Below, piece after piece: positions 50,367 through 58,761 of a DNA stretch of 64,000 nt; the stretch's first letter is position 1; the number at the start of each line of letters is the position of its first letter. The stretch comes from a virus. The DNA is taken from the IMG/VR virus record IMGVR_UViG_3300017917_004576, positions 56,069 to 120,068 of that record; one strand, 5' to 3'. The notes beneath the pieces were generated by a model, which was given only the letters and a program-made list of their open reading frames with translations, was not told the origin of the DNA and did no database searches. Made by a program: the position numbers and the translations under genes.

Positions 50367-52019
50367 TTAAGATTCACAGTTTGTACAAGCTAAAATATTA
50401 CGTGCTAATTCTTGTGCTGGATTAGCACTTCGTTGATAATAAAAGGTTTTGATTCCTAATTTCCATCCTTCTATGAGAAGATCACTAACTTGTTTTGGTG
50501 GTATGTCTGGCCCAATCATTAGATTCAAAGATTGAGACTGATCTATATATTTTTGTCTTTGAGATGCTTGAATAATAATTTCTTTCTGACTAATTTCGCC
50601 GAATGTTTTAAATACTTCTTTTTCATTATCAGATAAAAACTTTAGATGCTGAACAGAACCTCCTTTAACCAAGATACTCTTCCAAACTGTTTCATCGTTT
50701 TTATTATATTTTTTGAGAATTTCTTTTAGATGAGGGTTCTTATATGTGAATTTTCCTTTTGCTAAATTCTTAACAAAATAATTACTATTCAATGGTTCTA
50801 TGCTAGGACTTACTTGCCCCAATATAAAACTACTACTAGTTGTAGGAGCAATGGCTAATGTTGTGACGTTTCTACGACCATATCCTTCGAGGATAGGAGC
50901 TTCTCCGAATTTTTCTGCTAATTCTCTTGATGCTTTGTCTGATCGTTCTCTAATAGTTTGCCATATATTAGCATTAATTAGTTTAGCTTGCATACTTTCA
51001 AAACTTATCATTTTGCTTTGAAGATACGAATGCCATCCCAATACTCCCATGCCTAATGCTCTATGATTTAGAGCAAAGTTTCTGGCGCTCTTCATAAAAC
51101 GAATATTCTCTGTTTTATTTACAAACTCTTGATTAACACTGTCTAAGAAATATATAAGAGTTTCTATTGCATCTGTTTGTATTATTTCGTCCCAATGAAG
51201 CAGATTAAGAGAGCTTAGAACACAAACAAAACTATTATTTTCGTCTGATGCTAAACTAATTTCTGAACATAGATTACTACTATTTATTTTTATATTCTTG
51301 TCTTTATAAGCTTGTGGGGCGTTATTATTTACAGTATCATAAAAGAATATGTATGGATATCCACTTTCAAATCGTTTTTGAATAATTTTAGCCCAAATTT
51401 TTCTTTTATGTTTGTCTCCTTCAACCATGCTATTCATCCATTCATCAGTAATGGTAACGCCAATACTCATATTTTGAATAGGATGGCCTTCATTACGAAT
51501 TTGTAAAAACTCTTCTATATCAGGATGTTCTACGGGTAAATATGCTGCAAAACTTCCTCTTCGTGCTGATCCTTGACTAATCACATCTGCTACTTTATCA
51601 AACAACTCCATAAAGTGAACAGGGCCGCTACTTTCTCCACCAACACTAATACTTGCGCCTCGTGATCTTAATTCACCAAAATAACCACTAGTACCACCAC
51701 CTAATTTGCTCATCATGCCCACTTCGGCTACTTTATAAAGAATACTATCCATCCTATCGCTAATGTGAGAATTAAAGCAACTAACTGGTAATCCTCGGGA
51801 GTTGCCATAATTGGTCCAAACAGGAGTGGATAATGAGTAATATCCTAAACTCATATAACGTTCAAATTTTTCTGCAAAACCCGGAATGTTTAATAGTCTC
51901 TCAGAGTTTTGCGATATGTTTTTTATTCTATCTTCTGGAGAAACGCCTTGTTCAAGGTATCCTCTTTCTAAGAATAAGCGACTATGCGAATTAAGCCAAT
52001 AGTACGGTTGCGTTGTCAT
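50367..52019 (-). CDS. nrdA: Class I ribonucleotide reductase alpha subunit (no ATP cone)
   Basis: PVSCF, SNLCSEI, APTTSSS, TFYY, C-terminal CTNCES. Confidence 0.95.
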   Translation of the reverse strand: MTTQPYYWLNSHSRLFLERGYLEQGVSPEDRIKNISQNSERLLNIPGFAEKFERYMSLGYYSLSTPVWTNYGNSRGLPVSCFNSHISDRMDSILYKVAEVGMMSKLGGGTSGYFGELRSRGASISVGGESSGPVHFMELFDKVADVISQGSARRGSFAAYLPVEHPDIEEFLQIRNEGHPIQNMSIGVTITDEWMNSMVEGDKHKRKIWAKIIQKRFESGYPYIFFYDTVNNNAPQAYKDKNIKINSSNLCSEISLASDENNSFVCVLSSLNLLHWDEIIQTDAIETLIYFLDSVNQEFVNKTENIRFMKSARNFALNHRALGMGVLGWHSYLQSKMISFESMQAKLINANIWQTIRERSDKASRELAEKFGEAPILEGYGRRNVTTLAIAPTTSSSFILGQVSPSIEPLNSNYFVKNLAKGKFTYKNPHLKEILKKYNKNDETVWKSILVKGGSVQHLKFLSDNEKEVFKTFGEISQKEIIIQASQRQKYIDQSQSLNLMIGPDIPPKQVSDLLIEGWKLGIKTFYYQRSANPAQELARNILACTNCES

Positions 52020-52047
52020 TTAAAGTCCTATAAACCATTAATAATGA

Positions 52048-53019
52048 TTAAAACAAAGCCTCTATATCAAACGATAGGGCTTTCTTAGAGTATTCTACGG
52101 GGCGAGAATGAAAGAAATCGGTCATATTGTTACCAAGAATCTGTTCATCAAACCACAGTGTTTTGGATAACAATTTTTGATCAATATCGAATACCGGCTC
52201 GTATCCTATTTGATCTAATGATTCGTTTAGCCTATTTTTAATAAACTCTTTGAGAAGATCGGCGTTTAAGTTTTCTTCTCCATAGCCATTAACAATCCAA
52301 TCGATTATTTCACATTCATATCTAACTGCTTCTTTAGACTCATGAATAATCTTATCCTCTAATTCTTTATCAAATAGTTCTGGATATTCTTGTTTGATAG
52401 TGTTTATTATTTTGATACCTATCATAGCATGAAGATTTTCTTCTCTGCTAGTATATTCAACTTGTTTATTTGTGTCTTTAAGTAAATTCAAGAATCTGCC
52501 AAAATAACTAATAGTATAAAATTGAGAAAATAATGCTATGTTCTCAACAAACAGAGTAAATAAAATAAGAGAGTAAATAAATTGTTTTTTATTATCTTGA
52601 TGAAATTTATGTAAATGCTTACGAAGATAATTCACTCTACCTTTAATAATATCTAATTCTAGAATTTTTTCAAAGTTATCATCTATACCCAAAACTTCCA
52701 AAAGTCTTTCGTAGGCATCGCCATGAATAACTTCCACATGGGCCATTGTGTAGCCCAAATCATTAAGAGAAGGATGTGGTAAATTATCACCAAGTTTGGC
52801 CCAAAATTTCTTTACACTAATTTCTAATTGACCAATCGTTGATAATGCTCTAATAATAATCTGTTTTTGTTGTTCTGTTAAATTTACTCTAAAATCTTGA
52901 ACATCGCTACTAAAATTAAATTCGCGATGAGTCCAAAATCCATTATGCATAGCTTCTATAAAGTCTTGGGTCCAAGGATAATTGTCGGGTTTTCTGGAAA
53001 TTTGTTCGTCGAATATCAT
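52048..53019 (-). CDS. nrdB: Ribonucleotide reductase beta subunit
   Basis: FW, EVIHGDAY, EENLH, DFF...VEY. Confidence 0.95.
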   Translation of the reverse strand: MIFDEQISRKPDNYPWTQDFIEAMHNGFWTHREFNFSSDVQDFRVNLTEQQKQIIIRALSTIGQLEISVKKFWAKLGDNLPHPSLNDLGYTMAHVEVIHGDAYERLLEVLGIDDNFEKILELDIIKGRVNYLRKHLHKFHQDNKKQFIYSLILFTLFVENIALFSQFYTISYFGRFLNLLKDTNKQVEYTSREENLHAMIGIKIINTIKQEYPELFDKELEDKIIHESKEAVRYECEIIDWIVNGYGEENLNADLLKEFIKNRLNESLDQIGYEPVFDIDQKLLSKTLWFDEQILGNNMTDFFHSRPVEYSKKALSFDIEALF

Positions 53020-53168
53020 AATGGTTTTCTTTCTTTTTTTACTAAAATAGCAGCTAAACCTAATATAGTTAAAGTTGTAAATTCTTTACCGATAGGATTA
53101 AAGTTCTCTATTAGATATAGTTGTATAAAATATATGGTGGATAAAATATAAAATAGGGTAATCATCAT
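53016..53168 (-). CDS. Small hydrophobic protein (50 aa, not in ORF track)
   Basis: MMITLFYILSTIYFIQLYL...LTILGLAAILVKKERKPL; ATGA overlaps with both neighbours. Confidence 0.55.
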   Translation of the reverse strand: MMITLFYILSTIYFIQLYLIENFNPIGKEFTTLTILGLAAILVKKERKPL

Positions 53169-53647
53169 ATTACACCATTCAATTGTCTCAGCCACTCAAG
53201 ATTTGGATCTATATAGAAAATTTTTATACCGCTCATTCTAACAAAAATATCGAATCTGTTTTTTGCATCATCATCAAATAAAATTGTTCCATGATTATTA
53301 ATCATATAAACAGTATCTATACCTTCTTGGTGTAGAGCCATGATACAGTCGTTACAGCATTGCCCAGTCACATACGCCGTCCCACCGTCTGGCCTAACAA
53401 CACAATTAGCAAGAGCATTTTTTTCGCTATGTACCATCCAATTATATTTTTCTGGTCTTGTTAAAGGTAATTGGCTATCATCCAATCCTTTGGGAAATCC
53501 ATTATATCCAACACCAAGAATACGATTTTGCTTATCTGTTATAACACATCCGTGTTGGGTATGAATATCATGACTTCTTTGAGAAACCACCCTGGCTAAT
53601 CCAAGAAAATAATCGGTCCATGACGGTCTGTTTTTTGTTTGCATCAT
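53165..53647 (-). CDS. dCMP deaminase
   Basis: GYNG.P, HSEKNA, CCNDC. Confidence 0.92.
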   Translation of the reverse strand: MMQTKNRPSWTDYFLGLARVVSQRSHDIHTQHGCVITDKQNRILGVGYNGFPKGLDDSQLPLTRPEKYNWMVHSEKNALANCVVRPDGGTAYVTGQCCNDCIMALHQEGIDTVYMINNHGTILFDDDAKNRFDIFVRMSGIKIFYIDPNLEWLRQLNGVI

Positions 53648-53653
53648 TCATGT

Positions 53654-53681
53654 ATTATACTATGGTTTCTGTCGGTGTCAA
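53654..53681 (-). promoter_or_regulatory. Sigma70-type promoter, probably leaderless transcript
   Basis: TTGACA-16 nt-TATAAT; ATG 6 nt after the -10 box. Confidence 0.7.
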
Positions 53682-54602
53682 CTAGTTTTGTATGACTGTT
53701 GCTTTATCGACGAAATCATATTTTTGAATAGGATTAGAGTCTATATGATACCATTGTATAGTGAAATTAGATATTGAGTCATCTATTATATGGCCGTAAA
53801 CATTTGCATCTTCTTGCAAATAACAGTCATTATTATATAATTTTATCATATGAAAATAGCCCATTGGTGCTTTAGTATTTAAAATTTTTATATATTGAAG
53901 TTCAGGATGATAAAAATTAAGATGGTTATATGAAATAACATATCCAAAAATTCTTTCTAGAGCATGTGAATATGTGCCACTATATTTTTCGATTACTTTA
54001 TTTTTTTCTTTGCTTAATATTTTTTGAAGTTCATGATTATATGGACAAAAATGTTTTCGAAATAATTCTGTATGACTCATAAACATTGTGCCACCAAAAA
54101 AAGAATAATTATTTATTTTAGAATAATTGATATTAAGTAGTTTACATAGTTCTTGAATTTGTTTACTATGATAATTTTCATTATTTGTTAATAAAAAATG
54201 TTTATTTCCAATAGCTCCACAATTATTATAATTTGAAATTATCTTATAGTTATCTATTATAGCATTCTTTTTTCCTATTAGATCATGTAGTAAAATATGT
54301 CTCCATTTTACATGATTAAATTGCCCTAGTTGGCTCTTCTTAGTGTGTAATTTAATAAAATATTTTTCTTTAATATATGGTAATATATTGAGAAAAGAAG
54401 ATATATCTGCTCCATAATTATTAGATAGATATATATTAGTATCAAATGTGTTAAAACATTCTTTTATAATTGATGTAGTATCATATTCTTTACATAAAGA
54501 TAAATACAATTTAATATTATTTTTAAATGGTTCTAATAATACTTTAAATTCATACCATAAATCAATATGATAAAGATGTAATATAGTAGCGATACGATCC
54601 AT
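53682..54602 (-). CDS. Rhamnan synthesis F (RgpF)-like protein
   Basis: HLYHIDLW.E, NYGADI..F, KLHTKKS, W...L, FFGGTMF, HALER.FG. Confidence 0.8.
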   Translation of the reverse strand: MDRIATILHLYHIDLWYEFKVLLEPFKNNIKLYLSLCKEYDTTSIIKECFNTFDTNIYLSNNYGADISSFLNILPYIKEKYFIKLHTKKSQLGQFNHVKWRHILLHDLIGKKNAIIDNYKIISNYNNCGAIGNKHFLLTNNENYHSKQIQELCKLLNINYSKINNYSFFGGTMFMSHTELFRKHFCPYNHELQKILSKEKNKVIEKYSGTYSHALERIFGYVISYNHLNFYHPELQYIKILNTKAPMGYFHMIKLYNNDCYLQEDANVYGHIIDDSISNFTIQWYHIDSNPIQKYDFVDKATVIQN

Positions 54603-54614
54603 TATAACTTAACT

Positions 54615-57140
54615 TTATGGAACAAAATAAATACTTTGTCCGCTAATATAAGATTGACTAGGTGTTACTGTTGGAGTTGTTGTTGGTGTTTTTGTTGGTG
54701 TTGTGGTTACTGTACGAGTTATTGTCGGTGTTACGCTATTAGTTGGCGTTACGCTATTAGTTGGTGTTACGCTATTAGTTGGCGTTACACTATTAGTTGG
54801 CGTTACGCTATTAGTTGGCGTTACGCTATTAGTTGGCGTTACGCTATTAGTTGGCGTTACGCTATTAGTTGGTGTTACGCTATTAGTTGGTGTTACGCTA
54901 TTAGTTGGTGTTATTGTTGGGGTTTGTGTTGGCGTAATACTATTAGTTGGAGTTACCGTAGGAGTTTCTGTTGGTGTTACACTATTAGTTGGAGTTACTG
55001 TAGGAGTTTCTGTTGGTGTTACACTATTAGTTGGAGTTACTGTAGGAGTTTCAGTTATACTAGTGCTCGGCGTTATTGATGGTGTTGTTGTTGGCGTTGT
55101 GCTCGGTATTAGATTTGTTGTTTGGGTTGGGGTTACTGTTGGTGTGACAGTCGATGTTATTGTTGGTGTTATGCTATTAGTTGGTGTTACTGTTGGGGTT
55201 TCTGTTGGTGTCGGTGTGGGACTTTCTGTTGGCGTTACGCTATTCGTAGGCGTTACTGTTGGGGTTTCTGTTGGTGTTACGCTATTTGTAGGTGTTACTG
55301 TTGGGGTTATTGTTGGCGTTGCCGTAGGAGTTTCTGTTGGTGTTACGCTATTCGTAGGCGTTACTGTGGGGGTTTCTGTTGGCGTTGCCGTAGGAGTTTC
55401 CGTTGGAGTTTCCGTCGGTGTTACACTATTAGTTGGAGTTACCGTAGGAGTTTCTGTCGTAGTAACTGTTGGAGTTATACTACTAGTTGGGGTTATTGTT
55501 GGCGTTGCCGTAGGAGTTTCTGTTGGCGTTGCCGTAGGAGTTTCTGTTGGTGTTACCGTAGGAGTTTCTGTTGGTGTTACGCTATTAGTTGGTGTTACTG
55601 TTGGGGTTTCTGTTGGTGTTACCGTAGGAGTTTCTGTTGGTGTTACACTATTAGTCGGTGTTATTGTTGGTGTTATTGTTGGTGTTGGCGTCGGTGTCGG
55701 CGTAGTGGTTTTTGTTGGTGTTTGACTAACAACAGCTGCATTTTCGAATACATTAACGAGTTTACTATTTAATTGTGCTCCAGATAATATAAATCCTTTA
55801 TATTTAACTATAATTTCTTCACTATTATAAACACGATTATCATAAATTAATTGACCAAGTTTAATTCTGTCACATATACTTGTGCTTGGTGTCGGAGTAA
55901 CAGTTGGCGTAGTAGTCGCTGAACAAGTAACAGTAGGCGTAGCTGTATTAGTTGGAGTATTGGACGGGGTTCTAGTTAATGTTCTAGTTGGAGTTACTGT
56001 ATTTGTTGGAGTAATAGTACAAGTTCTTGTTGGGCTAGCTGTTAATGTTGGCGTTCTGGTACTAGTTACAGTTGGAGTAATAGTTATTGTTGGTGTAACT
56101 GTTGGAGACTGGGTCGGTGTTGCGGTGAGCGACGATGTTAATGAAGGCGTTATCGATGGAGTGATAGAACAGGTTGGTGAGATACTAGGAGTTGGTGTCG
56201 GACTAATACAAATATTTGGAGAGTTAACGGTATTATTAGCTATTCCATCAGAATTTGATGTTACTTGATCTGGAATTGTATCGCTTTGTGTAGCATATAG
56301 CCAGTAATCCCCTGTTGTGTTTTTTGTAATATCGTAATATGCTGCTTTTATCCATTCATTTCTATTACATAACCAATATAAATTTTTATTATTGGCTACT
56401 GGTATACTAATAGGATTAGTAAAATTTAAATTATATACGCCACTTTCTGTAGAATTTAAACTAAGCCCAAATGTTTGTGGTCTTGAATTATATAACCAAT
56501 TAATATATCTTGCAGAATCATACCAATTAATAAAATTAACTGGCTTATCCTCCATGTCTGTTTTAACAGAATACGATATATTTGGGCTTATTCCGTTTGA
56601 TAGTATGCCTCCTCTTGGATCATTAGTCATAGCTATATTATATGGCCAAATAATACTATTTATTTGTGTATTACTACCACTACTAGCAACATTATTTAAA
56701 AATGTGACATATTCAGAATTAGTAATTTCATATTTAGATATCTGAAAATTATAATTAACTGTTCCTAAATTATTTCTATTAATATCTCCAATATTTCCTG
56801 TGCCAGAAACAGAGACAAAACTAGAGTGTGTTATATTAAGTCCACTATTAGCGCATACTCTGAATCCAATATCTGATCTTCTTGATGTTCGACTAACAAA
56901 GACAGTGCCGCTTAGAGACGACGACGAATATGAACCACCATAAGCTAATATAGCACCATTTTCTTGATAATCTATTAATTCCCAAATATTTCCATTTTGA
57001 TCATATGTACCAAAAAAACTAGGACCTCCGTTACTGCCAACGCTAGTAACGTTGCCATCTTGATTATTCCAATCTGCTGAACCATTGTAATTTGCACTAT
57101 TACAATTTCCTAAAATAGAATAAGATGGAGGATTTGACAT
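54615..57140 (-). CDS. Circularly permuted FGE-sulfatase/CLec domain followed by long Pro/Thr stalk
   Basis: DQNGNIWE...GFR precedes KYEITN...PVNFINWYD...EWIKAAY; C-terminal roughly 500 aa mostly TPT repeats. Confidence 0.8.
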   Translation of the reverse strand: MSNPPSYSILGNCNSANYNGSADWNNQDGNVTSVGSNGGPSFFGTYDQNGNIWELIDYQENGAILAYGGSYSSSSLSGTVFVSRTSRRSDIGFRVCANSGLNITHSSFVSVSGTGNIGDINRNNLGTVNYNFQISKYEITNSEYVTFLNNVASSGSNTQINSIIWPYNIAMTNDPRGGILSNGISPNISYSVKTDMEDKPVNFINWYDSARYINWLYNSRPQTFGLSLNSTESGVYNLNFTNPISIPVANNKNLYWLCNRNEWIKAAYYDITKNTTGDYWLYATQSDTIPDQVTSNSDGIANNTVNSPNICISPTPTPSISPTCSITPSITPSLTSSLTATPTQSPTVTPTITITPTVTSTRTPTLTASPTRTCTITPTNTVTPTRTLTRTPSNTPTNTATPTVTCSATTTPTVTPTPSTSICDRIKLGQLIYDNRVYNSEEIIVKYKGFILSGAQLNSKLVNVFENAAVVSQTPTKTTTPTPTPTPTITPTITPTNSVTPTETPTVTPTETPTVTPTNSVTPTETPTVTPTETPTATPTETPTATPTITPTSSITPTVTTTETPTVTPTNSVTPTETPTETPTATPTETPTVTPTNSVTPTETPTATPTITPTVTPTNSVTPTETPTVTPTNSVTPTESPTPTPTETPTVTPTNSITPTITSTVTPTVTPTQTTNLIPSTTPTTTPSITPSTSITETPTVTPTNSVTPTETPTVTPTNSVTPTETPTVTPTNSITPTQTPTITPTNSVTPTNSVTPTNSVTPTNSVTPTNSVTPTNSVTPTNSVTPTNSVTPTNSVTPTNSVTPTITRTVTTTPTKTPTTTPTVTPSQSYISGQSIYFVP
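54727..54906. repeat. 18-bp tandem repeat x10 (encodes TPTNSV)
   Basis: GGYGTTACRCTATTAGTT units read directly. Confidence 0.9.
54907..55720. repeat. Imperfect 12-42-bp repeats encoding [14 protein letters not shown]-type units
   Basis: Repeated GGAGTTTCTGTTGG / GTTACRCTATTAGTT blocks. Confidence 0.8.
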
Positions 57141-57152
57141 TCATATTCCTAA

Positions 57153-57401
57153 TTATTTATTTATAAATTTATTATACAGTATTAAGCTCAATACTCCTCC
57201 AGCAACACCCATAAATATTCCGGATGGGCTAAGACTATCATAAGTTCCTAATATATAGAGTATTCCGCCTCCCATATATGAACCAGCAACCCCAAGAGCC
57301 ACTGTTTGAAAAAATCCTAGTCTTAAATTAATAGGAACAATAGCCTTTGCTAAAGAACCAACAAATAAACCATATACAATCCAGATTAGAAGATTAAACA
57401 T
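57153..57401 (-). CDS. GlsB/YeaQ/YmgE family (transglycosylase-associated) membrane protein
   Basis: WIVYGLFVGSLAKAIVP...G...T..LGVAGSYMGG. Confidence 0.85.
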   Translation of the reverse strand: MFNLLIWIVYGLFVGSLAKAIVPINLRLGFFQTVALGVAGSYMGGGILYILGTYDSLSPSGIFMGVAGGVLSLILYNKFINK

Positions 57402-57783
57402 TAGTAGCCTCCAGAAGGGTTAAAGATTCTTCATCATTAAGATTCTTACCAACTTCCATGATGGCATTTTTTAAACTAACTCCGTATTGTTGATATTGTT
57501 TTTTGCTCAAATGTTGTTTTAATATTTTATTTAGTCTATAATTATTTAACCAGCTATCTTTAATAGTTAAATTAACTATAGTATGTCTTAAATCTAAAGC
57601 TTCGCTCATTTTATCATTTTTTCTTCGTTTACTTCTACATTCTTGAATTACTCTTATAAGACTAAGTATAACTCCAATAACTATGATTATTGTTATAGGA
57701 TCAAATCCATAATTATTATTTTTAATATTTGCTTTGTCAATAACCTTTTGAGCAATATGTTCTAGATTAGGATTTAATTGCAT
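57394..57783 (-). CDS. Membrane-anchored hypothetical protein
   Basis: GFDPITIIIVIGVILSLIRVIQEC; start moved to MQLNP. Confidence 0.6.
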   Translation of the reverse strand: MQLNPNLEHIAQKVIDKANIKNNNYGFDPITIIIVIGVILSLIRVIQECRSKRRKNDKMSEALDLRHTIVNLTIKDSWLNNYRLNKILKQHLSKKQYQQYGVSLKNAIMEVGKNLNDEESLTLLEATNV

Positions 57784-57796
57784 ATTTAATCTTTCG

Positions 57797-58027
57797 TTAG
57801 GGTAAACAATATCCACAATCAACCATTTTTATTCCGTCTCCACTTAAATATTTTCCACTTCCTTTACAAACTGGACATTCTTTGCGTTTATATTTTTTAA
57901 TTGGTTCGTTACCTATATGTTTAACTATAGATCCGGATAAAATAACAGGAGCTGTTGATGATCCGTTATATTTTATCGAAGTAAAAAATAATGATACGAA
58001 TAAAATTGGTAATATTAATTTATTCAT
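57797..58027 (-). CDS. Secreted/membrane protein with DnaJ-like CxxCxGxG motif
   Basis: Signal-like N-terminus; CPVCKGSG...CGYC. Confidence 0.6.
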   Translation of the reverse strand: MNKLILPILFVSLFFTSIKYNGSSTAPVILSGSIVKHIGNEPIKKYKRKECPVCKGSGKYLSGDGIKMVDCGYCLP

Positions 58028-58205
58028 TTTTATCTCTTGGAAATAATCTTTTACGTTTTAATAGTGGTTTTGGAATAGGAGGAAAAGGATTTATATCATC
58101 CAATTTATCTTTTTGTTTAGGTATTATTAGTTTTACTATATTTAGTATAAAATTAAGTATTATACTAATTAGTCTATTTAATGCTAACTTATCGAAAAAA
58201 TTCAT
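58020..58205 (-). CDS. Small membrane-associated protein
   Basis: Hydrophobic segment and basic tail; AAGGA RBS and GGTGTAT motif upstream. Confidence 0.6.
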   Translation of the reverse strand: MNFFDKLALNRLISIILNFILNIVKLIIPKQKDKLDDINPFPPIPKPLLKRKRLFPRDKNE

Positions 58206-58227
58206 AAAATAATTCCTTCTTGTTTAG

Positions 58228-58238
58228 TAATATACACC
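58228..58238 (-). promoter_or_regulatory. GGTGTATATTA putative phage promoter
   Basis: Intergenic, 22 nt upstream of ATG 58205. Confidence 0.55.
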
Positions 58239-58276
58239 AAATAAATTATTGAGATAATCTAAGAACTAATATTATA

Positions 58277-58708
58277 TTATATAGCATTGATTATTGTTGA
58301 TATTCTAGTTCCATCGACAGAACTAGTTTCTGCCCACCAATTTATATTGTTCTCTGATACAACCCAAGATTCCCCGCCATTTGCACTTACATAAATTTTT
58401 CCAGCATACTCTACTGCTATCAATTTAGTCCCATCGATACTATTAGTTATTCCATACCAGTTTCTATTTTTTTCTCGTGGAAGCCAAGTTTCTCCACCGT
58501 CTGTGCTGGTATAGATTTGTCCACCATCAACTACTGCTACAAGCTTGGAACCATCAAAACTACTAGCTATACTATGCCAATTTCTATTATTTTCTTTTGG
58601 TGTCCAAGTTAAGCCCTTATCTGTACTAACATAAATTTGTCCACCTTGTATTATTGCTACAAACTTACTTCCATCACTATTAGATGCTAACTTATCAAAA
58701 AAATTCAT
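58277..58708 (-). CDS. BNR/Asp-box repeat protein (partial beta-propeller)
   Basis: Three repeats of S.DG.K..A...G.IY.S.D.G..W...E....W. Confidence 0.8.
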   Translation of the reverse strand: MNFFDKLASNSDGSKFVAIIQGGQIYVSTDKGLTWTPKENNRNWHSIASSFDGSKLVAVVDGGQIYTSTDGGETWLPREKNRNWYGITNSIDGTKLIAVEYAGKIYVSANGGESWVVSENNINWWAETSSVDGTRISTIINAI

Positions 58709-58761
58709 AAATTATTCCTTATTATATAGCAAATACACCAAAGATTAGGTCACCAAAATAT

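Noticed and set aside
54727-54906. Regular short repeats resembling a CRISPR array
   Set aside because: Units are contiguous with no unique spacers and encode in-frame TPTNSV
54636-56268. Long + strand ORFs rich in Val/Gly or Cys/Trp/Arg
   Set aside because: Antisense shadows of the TPT repeats in the - strand gene
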